From Pirellulales bacterium (GTDB taxonomy: Bacteria; Planctomycetota; Planctomycetia; Pirellulales; JAICIG01), in NCBI GenBank assembly GCA_040901675.1, contig JBBDYJ010000038.1, positions 201,376 through 265,375 of the forward strand: a stretch of 64,000 bases of DNA, given 5' to 3'. A program made the translations under genes and the position numbers. Below the pieces are notes generated by a model, which saw only the letters and a program-made list of their open reading frames with translations, made no database searches and had not been told where the DNA came from. Below are positions 9,281-20,616 of the stretch, piece after piece (the first letter of the stretch is position 1; every line of letters starts with the position of its first letter).

Positions 9281-11998
9281 ATGCGCCGACACCCCGATCT
9301 CATCGTATTTTCCCACCTCCGTTGGGACTTCGTATGGCAGCGCCCCCAGCACCTGCTCACGCGGCTCGCGGCCGACCGCCGGGTGTTCTTTATCGAGGAG
9401 CCGGTGTGCTCCGACCACGGCGAGCCTGCCTGGGACTGCCGGTCGCCTGAGCCGGGAGTGACCGTCTGCCGGCCGCGCACGCCCTGCGAAGCTCCTGGCT
9501 TTCATGACGACCAGATGCCCTATCTGTGCGACTTGGTCGAGCGTCTCCGGGAAGAAAAAGCGGTCGGCGACCATGTAGCGTGGTTCTATACGCCGATGGC
9601 CCTGCCGCTCCTGAAAGGGCTAAACCCATGTGCCGTCGTCTACGACTGCATGGACGAGCTTTCTGGGTTCCGGGACGCCCCACCGCAGATGCTCGAGCGT
9701 GAGGCGGAGCTGCTGCGCCGAGCCGACGTGGTGTTCACCGGCGGGCCCAGCCTCTACCAGTCGAAGAAGGACCGCCACCCCCATGTCCACTGCTTCCCCA
9801 GCAGCGTCGATCTGGCCCACTTCGGCCAAGCGAAGGGCGGCCTGGCCGACCACCCCGCACAGGCGGCCCTGCCCCACCCGCGGCTGGGCTTCTTCGGCGT
9901 CATTGATGAGCGGCTCGACGTACCGCTGCTCGACGCGGTGGCTCGGGCCCGGCCCGACTGGCAGCTCGTGCTGGTGGGCCCGGTGGTGAAAATTGACCCG
10001 GCAGACCTCCCGCACCACGCCAACATTCATTACTTCGGCCAGCGCGCCTACCAGGACCTGCCCGCCTTTCTGACGGGCTGGGATGTGTGCCTACTGCCGT
10101 TCGCCCGCAACGAGGCGACGCGCTTCATCAGCCCGACCAAGACGCTGGAATACATGGCCGCGGAGAAACCTATTGTTAGTACGCGCATTGCCGACGTGGC
10201 CGGCCCCTACGGGGACATCGTGTACCTGGCTGATACCGCGGAGGAGTTCACGGCGGGTTGCGCCCGGGCGCTGACGGCCAGCGCCGACGACAACGCTCGC
10301 CGTCGGGAGCAGATGCGAAGGGTGCTGGCTCGGACCTCCTGGGACCAGACCGCTCAGGGCATGAGCGACCTCCTCCAAGAGGTCGTTGCCAAGCGCCCGG
10401 ATGTTACCGCAGCGCGCCACGCCCCTGCAGAATTCTGGGGCAGTGGGTCCGCCCGAACGGGCACAGACGCCGGCGGCGGTCAGCGGAGCGAACCTTCGGT
10501 GGTAGTCGTGGGTGCCGGCCCCACCGGCCTGAGCGCGGCTTACCATTTGGGTGAAGACGCCCTCCTACTGGAACAGAACGACCGCGTCGGCGGGTGGTGC
10601 CGTTCCGTCCAAGAGAACGGTTTCACGTTCGACTTCGCCGGTCACATCATGTTCTCGAACGACCTCTACGTCCACGAGCTATACAAACTCTTGTTGGGCG
10701 ACAACATCCACTGGCAGGATCGCGAAGCGTGGGTCTACAGCAGGAACGTCTACAGCCGCTACCCCTTCCAGGGCGCCCTCTACGGCCTGCCCGCGGAAGT
10801 CATTAAGGAGTGTATCTTGGGCGCCATCGAGGCGCGATTCGGCCCCCTGAAGAATTCCAACGACAACGCGGCGCTCGTGCAGGCGGCGCCCTGCGGCGGG
10901 GCCGTGGAGGACTGCTGCGCCGATGGCGTCCTGGAGAGCACCGCCCGGCTAGTGGAGGCCAACGGCACCAACGGGGACGGTGCCGCGCCACCGGGCGGCG
11001 GGCCGCGCAATTTCGAGGAATTCATTTACCAGGTGTGGGGGGCCGGCATCGCCAAGCACTTCGCCGTGCCGTACAACCGCAAGCTCTGGGCGGTTCCGTT
11101 GTCCGAGATGGAGACCTCCTGGCTGGGCGGCCGGGTGCCGATCCCCGACCTGGGGGAGATGATCGAAGGGGCGCTTCGGCCTGTGCCGAAGCCGATGGGT
11201 CCCAACGCCCGCTTCGGTTACCCGCTCAGGGGCGGCTTTCAGGCGCTCGTGGACGGCTTCCTCCCGCACCTTCAAGGGCCCCTCCGCTTAGGCGCCCGCG
11301 TTGCCGCGGTGTCCCCGACCCGCCGCCTTTTAACGCTCCAGGACGGGACCGAGGTCCCGTACGAGCAGTTGATCAGCACGATACCGCTGCCAGTGCTAGT
11401 CCGCTGCATGGGCGACGAAGCACCGGAGGAAGTGCGCCGGGCCGTCGCCGGCCTGCGTTACGTCTCGGTGCGCTGCATCCATCTGGGCGTCGGCCGGGAG
11501 AACCTGACGGAAAAACACTGGATTTATTACCCCGAGGAGACGGTCTTCCACCGCATCTTTGTGCAGGGCAACGCCAGCCCCCACTGCAACCCGCCCGGCG
11601 GCTTCGGCCTGACCTGCGAGATCACCTACCACCCCGAGTACAAGCCGCTGCCGTGCGAGGGGGACGCTCTCATCCAGCGCTGCATCGCGGACTGTCACCG
11701 AGTCGGCTTCTTCCGGCCTGAGGACTCGATCTGGGCCGCCACCCAGTGCGACCTGCCACATGCCTACGTCGTCTACGATCACGCCCGGCCGAACAACGTG
11801 GCAACAATTCGCGATTGGCTGCTGGAGCAGGACATCGTGCTGGCCGGGCGCTATAGCGAGTGGGAATACTACAACTCCGACCACGCCTTCCTGGCCGGGA
11901 AAAAGGCGGCCGAGACGGTGCGTGAGCTGCGGGCTGCGCGAGCGCGGCCGCCGTTGTGTGAGCAGGCTGCCGGGAGTGGGTCCCTTATGGGGGGGTAG
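9281..11998 (+). CDS. Fusion of a GT-B glycosyltransferase and an FAD-dependent oxidoreductase (UDP-galactopyranose mutase / protoporphyrinogen oxidase-like)
   Basis: FSHLRWDFVWQRPQHL, YDCMDELS, SPTKTLEYMAA; second half VVGAGPTGLSAA, FDFAGH, AGRYSEWEYYNSD; AAGGAGG RBS. Confidence 0.85.
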   Translation: MRRHPDLIVFSHLRWDFVWQRPQHLLTRLAADRRVFFIEEPVCSDHGEPAWDCRSPEPGVTVCRPRTPCEAPGFHDDQMPYLCDLVERLREEKAVGDHVAWFYTPMALPLLKGLNPCAVVYDCMDELSGFRDAPPQMLEREAELLRRADVVFTGGPSLYQSKKDRHPHVHCFPSSVDLAHFGQAKGGLADHPAQAALPHPRLGFFGVIDERLDVPLLDAVARARPDWQLVLVGPVVKIDPADLPHHANIHYFGQRAYQDLPAFLTGWDVCLLPFARNEATRFISPTKTLEYMAAEKPIVSTRIADVAGPYGDIVYLADTAEEFTAGCARALTASADDNARRREQMRRVLARTSWDQTAQGMSDLLQEVVAKRPDVTAARHAPAEFWGSGSARTGTDAGGGQRSEPSVVVVGAGPTGLSAAYHLGEDALLLEQNDRVGGWCRSVQENGFTFDFAGHIMFSNDLYVHELYKLLLGDNIHWQDREAWVYSRNVYSRYPFQGALYGLPAEVIKECILGAIEARFGPLKNSNDNAALVQAAPCGGAVEDCCADGVLESTARLVEANGTNGDGAAPPGGGPRNFEEFIYQVWGAGIAKHFAVPYNRKLWAVPLSEMETSWLGGRVPIPDLGEMIEGALRPVPKPMGPNARFGYPLRGGFQALVDGFLPHLQGPLRLGARVAAVSPTRRLLTLQDGTEVPYEQLISTIPLPVLVRCMGDEAPEEVRRAVAGLRYVSVRCIHLGVGRENLTEKHWIYYPEETVFHRIFVQGNASPHCNPPGGFGLTCEITYHPEYKPLPCEGDALIQRCIADCHRVGFFRPEDSIWAATQCDLPHAYVVYDHARPNNVATIRDWLLEQDIVLAGRYSEWEYYNSDHAFLAGKKAAETVRELRAARARPPLCEQAAGSGSLMGG

Positions 11999-12000
11999 AC

Positions 12001-14220
12001 ATGGAAGGTACGAATAGCGCGGCGAGGCGGCTGGAGTTGTGGGGCGGCATCGAATGCACGCGCAACCGAGTCGGCGACGCCTACTTTGACCAGCTGGCCT
12101 GGAGCGGCCACGACCGGCGGCCTGACGACCTGGACTGCATAGCGGCGATGGGCATCCGAACGCTCCGCTACCCCATCCTCTGGGAGTGCGCGGCACCGGA
12201 TGACCCGCAGACGGTCGATTGGTCGTGGGCCGACGAACGCCTCGGCCGCTTGCGCTCCCTCGGCGTCTTCCCCATCGTCGGTTTAGTCCACCACGGTAGC
12301 GGACCTTCTTACACCGACCTACTAGATTCTGCCTTCGCCCCGGCGCTGGCCGCCTTTGCCGGCCGGCTGGCGGAGCGCTTTCCCTGGGTGGAGGCCTATA
12401 CGCCGGTAAATGAGCCGCTCACTACGGCTCGCTTCAGCGCGCTCTATGGCCACTGGTATCCTCACCACCGAGACGCGCTCGCTTTCGCACGCGCGCTGCT
12501 CAACCAGTGCCGGGCCGTGGTGCTGGCGATGCGCGCGGTGCGCGAGGTCCGTCCCGATGCTCGACTCGTGCAGACCGAGGACTTGGGCAAGACCTACAGC
12601 ACGCCAGCGCTCGCCTACCAAGCCGACTTCGAGAATGAGCGCCGCTGGCTGACCTATGACCTGCTGTGCGGCCGCGTGGACCGGCACCACCCGCTGGGGC
12701 ATTTCTTGCTCTGGCTCGGTGTCCTGGAGTTGGAGCTGCTCTGGTTCTGCCACAACCCCTGCCCGCCAGATGTTATCGGCATCAACCATTACCTTACCAG
12801 CGAGCGCTTTCTGGATGAGCGGGTCGATCGTTACGCGCCCGCCTGTCAAGGGGGAAATGGCCGGCACACGTATGCCGACATCGAGGCGGTGCGCGTGCGG
12901 GCCGAAGGCCTTGCGGGGCCAGAGATACTTTTACGCGAGGCCTGGAAGCGCTACCGACTTCCCCTGGCGGTCACCGAGGCCCACCTCGGTTGCACGCGGG
13001 AGGAGCAGCTGCGCTGGCTTTGGGAGGTATGGCAGGGAGCCGCGGCCGCGCGGCGGGCCGGTGCCGATGTGCGCGCGGTCACGGTCTGGTCCCTGCTGGG
13101 GGCGTTCGACTGGGACAGCCTTATGACGTTAGCGCGCGGCCGCTACGAGCCGGGCGCCTTTGATGTCCGCAGCTCACTCCGGCGGCCGACGGCACTGGCG
13201 GCTCTCGCCCGGGACCTGGCCCAAGGCCGACCGCCCGACCTCCCCGTGCTTGCCCAGCCCGGCTGGTGGCACCGCCCAGAGCGGATGCTTGGCGTCAGCG
13301 CGGCGCCGCTGCCCGAGTCGGCGGGGCCTTCCCTGGTAATCACTGGAGCGACTGGGACGCTCGGCCGCGCTTTCGCCCGCGTCTGCACCGCCCGCGGCCT
13401 TCTATTTCGGCTGCTGCGGCGGGCGGAGATGGACATCGCGAACCGCAAGCAGGTGGACGCGGTCTTCGACCGCTACAACCCCTGGGCGGTAATCAATGCA
13501 GCGGGCTATGTCCGGGTCGACGACGCGGAGCGGGAGCCGGGCCCCTGCTTCCGAGAGAATGTGCGCGGTGCTGCTGCCCTGGCCGCCGCCTGCGCCGGGG
13601 CCGGGATCCCGCTGGTCACGTTTTCCTCCGACCTCGTCTTCGATGGCCAGCAGGGCAGCCCCTACCGGGAACAAGATACGGTTGGCCCACTGGGTGTCTA
13701 CGGCCGGACGAAGGCCGAGGCGGAGCGGCGGGTGCTAGCGCTACACCCCAGGGCCCTCGTCATCCGCACCAGCGCCTTTTTCGGCCCGTGGGACGAGTAC
13801 AACTTCGTGACGGCCGGGTTGCGTACCCTTCGGGCCGGGCTGCCATTCCCGGCCGCGGATGACACGATTGTCTCGCCGACTTACGTGCCGGACCTAGTCC
13901 ACGCCTGCCTGGACCTTCTGATCGACGCCGAGTCCGGCGTCTGGCACTTGGCCAACCAGGGGGAGACGACCTGGGCGGGGTTCGCCCGGCGCGCCGCCGC
14001 CCTAGCCGAGCTGGACCCGAAAGGCGTGCAGGGCCTACCGTCTGCGGCACTGGGCCTGGCTGCGCAGCGGCCGAAGTACGCGCCGCTGATTAGCGAGCGC
14101 GGCTTTCTTCTGCCGCCGCTAGAGGATGCCCTTGGCCGCTATTTCCGGGACGGGCCGCTGAGCGCACCGGCCCCAACTCCGGACCCTGCCGAGCAGAGTG
14201 TTCTCGCATGCGCGCACTAA
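12001..14220 (+). CDS. Fusion of a GH1-like glycoside hydrolase and a dTDP-4-dehydrorhamnose reductase (RmlD-like)
   Basis: [20 protein letters not shown]-terminal [42 protein letters not shown]. Confidence 0.88.
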   Translation: MEGTNSAARRLELWGGIECTRNRVGDAYFDQLAWSGHDRRPDDLDCIAAMGIRTLRYPILWECAAPDDPQTVDWSWADERLGRLRSLGVFPIVGLVHHGSGPSYTDLLDSAFAPALAAFAGRLAERFPWVEAYTPVNEPLTTARFSALYGHWYPHHRDALAFARALLNQCRAVVLAMRAVREVRPDARLVQTEDLGKTYSTPALAYQADFENERRWLTYDLLCGRVDRHHPLGHFLLWLGVLELELLWFCHNPCPPDVIGINHYLTSERFLDERVDRYAPACQGGNGRHTYADIEAVRVRAEGLAGPEILLREAWKRYRLPLAVTEAHLGCTREEQLRWLWEVWQGAAAARRAGADVRAVTVWSLLGAFDWDSLMTLARGRYEPGAFDVRSSLRRPTALAALARDLAQGRPPDLPVLAQPGWWHRPERMLGVSAAPLPESAGPSLVITGATGTLGRAFARVCTARGLLFRLLRRAEMDIANRKQVDAVFDRYNPWAVINAAGYVRVDDAEREPGPCFRENVRGAAALAAACAGAGIPLVTFSSDLVFDGQQGSPYREQDTVGPLGVYGRTKAEAERRVLALHPRALVIRTSAFFGPWDEYNFVTAGLRTLRAGLPFPAADDTIVSPTYVPDLVHACLDLLIDAESGVWHLANQGETTWAGFARRAAALAELDPKGVQGLPSAALGLAAQRPKYAPLISERGFLLPPLEDALGRYFRDGPLSAPAPTPDPAEQSVLACAH

Positions 14221-14619
14221 GTTCACTGGACCGGCTCGCGGAGACCGCGGAGGGAACGTTCTCCCGCCGGTTCGGCCGGCCACCGAGCTGGCTCGTCGTC
14301 GCGCCCGGGCGTATCAACCTGATCGGCGAACACACAGACTACAACGATGGCTTCGTGCTTCCGATGGCCATCGACCGCCATATAGCCATTGCTGCGGATC
14401 GGCGTCATCGGCTCGCGCATGACCGGTGGGGGCTTCGGCGGCAGCACCGTCAGCCTCGTGCGTCGCGATGCGGCCGAGGCAATCGCCCGAATCGTCACGG
14501 AACACTACCTCCGCCGCACCGGCCGCGCGGCAACGGCGTTCACCTCCCGGCCCGTCGATGGGGCTCGCGTGATGAAGGCACCCCATGGTGTGCCGCTTGC
14601 CGCGCTTCAGGAGAACTGA
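14208..14619 (+). pseudogene. galK: Galactokinase remnant with large internal deletion
   Basis: [25 protein letters not shown] joined out of frame to [14 protein letters not shown]. Confidence 0.88.
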
Positions 14620-14710
14620 TAAGCTTCATCGACCCACCCGACTGTGAAACCTCCCCACACCGGCGGTGTAACGCGCTGACCGGCGAGTCGGTCCTCGTCT
14701 CCCGCACGTG
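14620..14710 (+). pseudogene. galT: N-terminal fragment of galactose-1-phosphate uridylyltransferase
   Basis: [17 protein letters not shown] resembles the GalT PHRRxNPLTGEWVLVS motif; follows galK. Confidence 0.65.
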
Positions 14711-14856
14711 CAGGTCTGCGCCCTCAAAGCCTTTGCCAAACGAGCCAGCCGAGGAAAACTGGCAGCAGGCAGCGTACTGCTTGTCGTGCCTTTTTGGGTG
14801 TCCCCTTTCCGTACTCAATGGGCTGGCACGGGGCACCGTACGCGGACGGAGATTAG

Positions 14857-14997
<141 letters not shown>

Positions 14998-15032
14998 TAG
15001 ATTCCCTGAGTGCTTTCCCTATCGGAGGCTTT

Positions 15033-16016
15033 ATGCGCATTGTAGTCACCGGCGGCGCGGGTTACATCGGCAGCCACGCGGCCCGCCTCTTTGCAAACCG
15101 GGGCCACCAAGTCTGGGTCTATGACAACCTGAGCCGGGGCCACGCGCAAGCGGTCCAGGATGGACGGCTTATCGTCGGCGACCTCGCGGATGGCCTCGCC
15201 CTCGAAGACGTGCTGCGGCGGGAGAGGATCGACGCTGTGGTGCACTTCGCCCCCTGACATACGTTGGTGAGTCGGTGCGTGAGCCGGCCCTGTACTACCG
15301 CAATAATGTCGGCGGCACCCTGAGCCTTCTCGACGCCATGCGTCAGGGCGGGGTGGGCCGACTCGTCTTTTCCAGCACGGCGGCGGTTTACGGCGTGCCG
15401 CGCCGCGTGCCCATCACGGAGGATGACCCGCTAGCGCCGATAAACCCCTATGGCCGGTCCAAACTGGCGATGGAGTGGGCGTTGGCCCCGATCACGCCGC
15501 GGCCTACGGGCTCGGCTTCATCGCGCTGCGCTACTTCAACGCGGCCGGCGCCAGCCTGGACGGGGCCCTCGGGGAGGACCACCACCCCGAGACTCACCTG
15601 ATCCCGATCGTACTCCAGGCGGCGCTGGGGATTCGCGCGGAGGTGGAGGTCTTCGGCACTGATTACCCAACCCCAGACGGCACCTGCGCCCGGGACTACA
15701 TCCATGTGGACGACCTTGCCGAAGCCCACCTGCTGGCGCTGGAAAGGTTAGAGCCGGGACAGGGGAGGGCCTACAACCTGGGGATTGGCACGGGCTACAG
15801 CGTGCGGGAGGTACTCGCGGCGTGTGAGGAGGTTACCGGTCGGCGTATTCCGGTGCAGTTCGGGCCGCGCCGTTCGGGGGACCCTCCCGCGTTGGTGGCG
15901 TCTGCCGAGGGGCGAGGCGCGAGCTGGGCTGGCAGCCCCGGCATCCCGACTTGCGAGAGGTCGTGGAAACGGCGTGGCGTTGGCACCGGGTCCACCCGCG
16001 GGGCTACGACGGCTGA
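15033..16016 (+). pseudogene. galE: UDP-glucose 4-epimerase, multiply frameshifted
   Basis: [49 protein letters not shown] spread over several frames. Confidence 0.9.
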
Positions 16017-16206
16017 GGCGGACGCCGCAGTCAATGGCCGCAGACTTCGCGCACGCGGGAAAGGACGGTTTGGCCACTGGGAGGATTCTGAGCTACCGCG
16101 TTGGCCTCTCAGCGAGCAGGGGGGCGCCGACCCAGTGATTAAGGCTCCTGATGGCGCCCCGGATGTGCTTACGGGACGCGGGGACTCCTAGGTCCGCAAC
16201 AGGCAC

Positions 16207-16223
16207 TTGGCACATGTTTTGCT
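16207..16223 (+). promoter_or_regulatory. sigma54 -24/-12 promoter
   Basis: TTGGCACATGTTTTGCT matches TGGCAC-N5-TTGC exactly. Confidence 0.65.
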
Positions 16224-16274
16224 ACGTTGGGACTGTCTGTCATCTGCCAGCAGGTTCCCACCTCGGAGACTTTG

Positions 16275-16463
16275 ATGAGCGTTCAAGCTATCCCGTATTC
16301 GCCAAAGGCTAGTCCATCGGTGCTAGTGGAGAAGCCGCAATACTTCCTGCCAAAGGCACCTCCTCGAGACCTCGAACAGGTACCGGCTGCGGACCCGGAT
16401 GGATTGGAAGCCGAGGACTTTCGCGCACGCTGGTGGCCGGGGGCGGACATTAGTGAGGAGTGA
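16275..16463 (+). CDS. Small hypothetical protein
   Basis: GGAG RBS, lies downstream of the sigma54 site; 62 aa. Confidence 0.4.
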   Translation: MSVQAIPYSPKASPSVLVEKPQYFLPKAPPRDLEQVPAADPDGLEAEDFRARWWPGADISEE

Positions 16464-16570
16464 CTCGGCAGCGTGAGGGTCAAGCTGACCATTATGGCGG
16501 CAGCCTCGGTGCGCCCGCCGCTGGTGTCACGCCGGGGGCGCAGGCCCGGCCAGGGCGGAGAGGCTTTGGC

Positions 16571-17758
16571 ATGCACGGGTTCATGTTCGCGACCGGCATC
16601 GAGAACAGCTACCCCACGATCGCTGGCCGCGTCCGCATCGATCAGATGGAGAAGTGCGGCCACTACCAGCACTGGCGGGAGGATCTCCACCTCGTCCGCG
16701 AACTTGGCATCCACTACCTTCGTTGGGGACCTGCTCTCCATCGCACGTTCCTCGGCCCGAACTCTTATGATTGGGCGTGGTTCGACGATGTCATAGACGA
16801 GATGAATGGAATGGACATCCAGCCCATTCTCGACCTCTGCCACTTCGGCGTCCCCGACTGGCTGGGCAACTTCCAGAATGAGGACTTCCCCCACTACTTC
16901 GCCGAGTACGCCGGCGCCTGCGCCCGCCGTTACCCCGGTGTCAAATACTGGACCCCGGTCAACGAGATCCTGATCACCACCCTCTTCTCGGCCAAATACG
17001 GCTGGTGGAACGAGATGCTTACCGCGGACGTGGCCTATGTCCGCGCCACGGTCAATCTCTGCAGGGCGAATCTGCTAGCCATGCAGGCAATTCTCCGACA
17101 CGTCCCCGACGCGATCTTCATCCAGAGCGAGTCGAGCGAATACACTCACCCTTCCCGGCCAGACCTCGTCAAGGCCGCTTGGTTCTACAACGAACGCCGA
17201 TTCCTGCCGCTCGACTTGACCTACGGCCACCAGGTCAGCGCCGCCATCTACCGCTACCTCACCACCCACGGCATGAGTGAAGCGGACTACGACTTCTTCA
17301 TGAACCAGAACTACCGGTTCCGCTGCATTATGGGGACCGACTACTACGTCACCAACGAGCACCTGCTCAAGCCGGACGGCACGACGGTATCCTCGGGCGA
17401 GTTCTTCGGTTACTACGTGCTGGCCCGGCAGTACTACAGCCGCTATGGGCTACCCCTGATGCACACCGAGACGAACATCCGCGAGGAGCAGGGGGCCACG
17501 CAATGGCTATGGAAGGAATGGAATACACTCTTGCGACTGCGCCAGGATGGCGTGCCTATTGTCGGCTTCACGTGGTACAGCTTGACCGACCAGATTGATT
17601 GGGACATCGCGCTGCGCGAGGAGCGGAATCAACCCCACCCGGTGGGCTTATACGGGCTCGACCGCAAGCCGCGTCGCGTAGGCAAGGAATATCGTCGGCT
17701 TATCGACGAGTGGCGCGAGTTCCTACCGACGGGATCGTCCGCCTTGATGCTCGTTTGA
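16571..17758 (+). CDS. Glycoside hydrolase family 1-like protein
   Basis: FATGIENSYP, DLCHFGVPDW, WTPVNE, MHTETN, GFTWYSLTDQIDW. Confidence 0.88.
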   Translation: MHGFMFATGIENSYPTIAGRVRIDQMEKCGHYQHWREDLHLVRELGIHYLRWGPALHRTFLGPNSYDWAWFDDVIDEMNGMDIQPILDLCHFGVPDWLGNFQNEDFPHYFAEYAGACARRYPGVKYWTPVNEILITTLFSAKYGWWNEMLTADVAYVRATVNLCRANLLAMQAILRHVPDAIFIQSESSEYTHPSRPDLVKAAWFYNERRFLPLDLTYGHQVSAAIYRYLTTHGMSEADYDFFMNQNYRFRCIMGTDYYVTNEHLLKPDGTTVSSGEFFGYYVLARQYYSRYGLPLMHTETNIREEQGATQWLWKEWNTLLRLRQDGVPIVGFTWYSLTDQIDWDIALREERNQPHPVGLYGLDRKPRRVGKEYRRLIDEWREFLPTGSSALMLV

Positions 17759-17783
17759 GATAGGCATTCCCAGCAGCCGATAT

Positions 17784-17935
17784 ATGGTCCGCATCCGGCG
17801 GCTGACGCCTTGGCTCACGCGGCGGGGCATCCGCTTCAAGGCCAACTCGCCCGGCGCCCGGCTGCTGGTCGAGCAGCTGCGGGACTTCCCGAATGCCGAC
17901 CACGACGACGGCCCCGACGCCCTGGATCACGCCTC
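17784..17935 (+). pseudogene. C-terminal fragment of a phage terminase large subunit
   Basis: RIRRLTPWL...LLVEQLRDFPNADHDDGPDAL (RNase H-like nuclease C-terminal motif). Confidence 0.7.
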
Positions 17936-17949
17936 GCATGAATTGTTTC

Positions 17950-18629
17950 CGCCGGGCATCCTCTTGCGCTATGTAAAGGACGCTCCTGGGCGGCCAGTCG
18001 CTCGACCCGCTCGGTCGCCTGGCCGCGCGCCTGGCGGACCGTTTCGGCGACGAGCTGCGGGTCCCGGCCGATGCACTTGATCTGGTCGACGACAAACCGC
18101 TCGATCTCGCCAGCCGGGATCGACTGCGACGGGCAGGATTGCCGGCCCCTTTTCTGGGCGGCCGTGCAGACGTAGTACCGGTAGCGCTTGGTCGCGTCCC
18201 GCGTGGCGTGCGTGGCCACGGCGCTGAGCGACTTGTAGACCTCGCCTTCGTACTCGAAGCCCGCGGGCAGCACGGTCACCTCGAGCGTCTCACCCTTGTA
18301 GACGCGGGTGATCGTTGAGCCGGGCGGCGGGACCCGCCCGTCGCCGCTCGCCGGCAACCTTGTCGTCCTGGTCCGCATGGACGCCTGGGGCGTCTGGGGC
18401 GGCGACTTGGGTGGACTGCGCCGAAGGTCGGCATCGTTGGCCAGCTCCGCGGCCCGCCGACGGGCACGCTCGGAGAGGTCGCCCTCGGCCAGGGCCTGTA
18501 ACCGCCAGATGATCCGCTTGACCAGCCAGTCCTTGTGCCGGGGTTGGTCGTCTCGCCGAACGCCTCTGCGTAGCGGCCTCGCAGCTCGCCGACCGTCATG
18601 CGGCGTAGCGCGGCCAGTTCCTTCGACAC
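17950..18629 (-). pseudogene. DUF2924 protein fused by deletion to the zinc-ribbon region of a large serine recombinase
   Basis: ELAALRRMTVGELR / WLVKRIIWRLQALAEG / RVYKG...GFEYEGEVYKSLSAVA, then directly KRYRYYVCTAAQKRGRQSCPSQSIPAGEIE; one frameshift. Confidence 0.8.
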
Positions 18630-18640
18630 GGAGAACCTCT

Positions 18641-19054
18641 ATGGCGGCCTCAGGCATCGATGACGTGCTCTTTCCCGAATCGAACGTCGATTCGGTCGCG
18701 GCAAATCTGTGGGCTCGAACAATCGACCTGGACGGTAATGGGCTCCTGGATGCGTTGCGCGTGTTGTTGGCTCGGGCCGAAGAGATCAAAGCTGCGCATT
18801 CACGCGCTGCGACCTTCGCGCAAGATGTCATAGCGGGCCGGCACATTCCTGAGTAGGAGGAATTCGACGGTGAACTTCTCGAGGCGTGGTATGAAACGAC
18901 GTGCCTCAAGTGGTTTCTCGCCCGCGCGTTGAAAGCGCTTTCCGAGGGCGTAGAGTACGACGTCCACCAAAAGCAAAACACCATGCGTCGGATTCGCAGT
19001 ATCGTCTACGGCGACGAAGGCGAAGTCGAGAGCTATGCGCTCGAGGAGAAGTAG
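18641..19054 (+). pseudogene. Hypothetical protein interrupted by an in-frame TAG at 18854
   Basis: Frame continues open for 65 more sense codons after the TAG and ends at TAG 19052-19054. Confidence 0.45.
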
Positions 19055-19066
19055 GAGCGTCAGCCG

Positions 19067-19483
19067 ATGTCCGCTTGGTCGTTTGAAGTTAAGGATGGCC
19101 GCCTGGCAACGTTGCCGGTTGCTCTGGTTGCCGTGATTGAAGAGGATCGGCGACTCAACGCCGAGTTTTGCCTTGTCGCCGAAGCAGGAGCGTTGTTGAA
19201 CGAGCCGGACGAGCGGCTGATGGAGTGCATTCTGAAACGGGACAGCCCGACAGAGGTCATCGCTCGGTTGGGGCATGTCTGCGCGTGGCTTTTTGATCAC
19301 CTGGAAATCGAGCTCGGTCAGCATTTTCGATGGAATTACTTGAAGCTTTCGTTCGTCAATTTGAAGCCGCTCCAGTCGGACGACGGTTCAAGGTCCGGCA
19401 GGATGACCACGAATCATCCTGATCTGCCTACTCCGTCTGAACAGCCTGCAGCTTCAGAAATCCCTCAATTTGGAGCGTGCTGA
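19067..19483 (+). CDS. Hypothetical protein
   Basis: AGGAG RBS, 138-aa ORF, lower GC. Confidence 0.55.
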   Translation: MSAWSFEVKDGRLATLPVALVAVIEEDRRLNAEFCLVAEAGALLNEPDERLMECILKRDSPTEVIARLGHVCAWLFDHLEIELGQHFRWNYLKLSFVNLKPLQSDDGSRSGRMTTNHPDLPTPSEQPAASEIPQFGAC

Positions 19484-19903
19484 CAGGTGAGGGCAGCCTG
19501 CCCGGCGATGGGCGGCTTAAGGCAATGCCGATGGGCCCCAATCGGCCTGGTAGATCGACTCGGCGAATCCGGTGACGGTCTGGCATGGGGAAGTTCGGGC
19601 GTTTGCGGGCGAAGCCTGGGAAGACGTCCGTGCCGAGGCCGTGAAACGGAAGGCTGCGGGCGGCTAGCCCGCTCCGACGCCAGCCAGTCAGCCCGCCCAT
19701 CTTGTCCCCGCTTATCGGACCAAAGATTGGCTCCCCGGTGCGATTGGTTTAGGGCGGAAATTGATTCCGCAACGTGGGGGCATGGTGCCGCCCGGGTGGG
19801 CAGGGCCGTCCCCAGCGAAGACAACTGAACTAGCCCGCAGAAGGTTTTTTGGTCATAACCTCCGGCCCAGTTGTCGATTGCAGTCCTGGTGCCGACGACA
19901 TTG

Positions 19904-19931
19904 TTGACTGCCGAAAGGCCGCTGTTAGACT
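19904..19931 (+). promoter_or_regulatory. sigma70-type promoter for the 19970-21003 operon
   Basis: TTGACT-16 nt-TAGACT with TG extension. Confidence 0.4.
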
Positions 19932-19969
19932 TGAATCTGCCAGTTACTAGCCCGCCTGGATGCCCCTCT

Positions 19970-20374
19970 ATGGAACTCGACTTTGCCATGCTTGCCAGCA
20001 ACGCGGAGTTGGCGGCGAGCGGTAATTTGCATATTTTCGGCGGAGGATTCAATCGCATCCAAGTTCCAACCGTTCCGGCAACCCCAGTGCCATTCAAGTT
20101 GGTGGCACGTGCGTTCATTCCCCCCGAGGATGTCAGCCAGGAGCATTGGCTCTCGCTTGAGTTAACCAATCCCAGCGGAGAGCGGTCGATCATCACAGAG
20201 AGGTCCCCACTGGCGTTTACGCCGGCCGCTGAAGAATCCCGGCTAAACGCAGTCCTTCTTCTTACCCTAGTCATCGCATTCAAGTCCTACGGCCTTTATC
20301 AATTCCACCTTGGAATCGACGGACAGCAACTCAAGACAATTCCGGTGACAATCACCGCGTCCAAACCAGAGTAA
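19970..20374 (+). CDS. Hypothetical beta-rich protein (DUF6941-like)
   Basis: MELDFAMLASNAE...GNLHIFGGGFNRI...YGLYQFHLGIDG. Confidence 0.6.
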   Translation: MELDFAMLASNAELAASGNLHIFGGGFNRIQVPTVPATPVPFKLVARAFIPPEDVSQEHWLSLELTNPSGERSIITERSPLAFTPAAEESRLNAVLLLTLVIAFKSYGLYQFHLGIDGQQLKTIPVTITASKPE

Positions 20375-20379
20375 GCGAC

Positions 20380-20610
20380 ATGCCCAGTTTCTACAGCACG
20401 GCCGCCGTGGCCGAACTCACGGTCGTAAGCGGTCGGGACCAGGTCACGGCGGAACTGTACAGCGAGCAGTATCCGATCTTCCTGACGTTGGGTGACGCGG
20501 AATACGAGGACGAGGACGACTGGGATCAACTCAACCGCGAAGCCCTTTCTGGCGAGGAAATCGACGCGATTGCGGATTATTTGCGGTCCACAGGCCAAGC
20601 ATCCGCATGA
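20380..20610 (+). CDS. Small acidic protein, putative antitoxin
   Basis: 76 aa, very acidic, 6 nt upstream of a PemK-like gene. Confidence 0.5.
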   Translation: MPSFYSTAAVAELTVVSGRDQVTAELYSEQYPIFLTLGDAEYEDEDDWDQLNREALSGEEIDAIADYLRSTGQASA

Positions 20611-20616
20611 CGCTCA

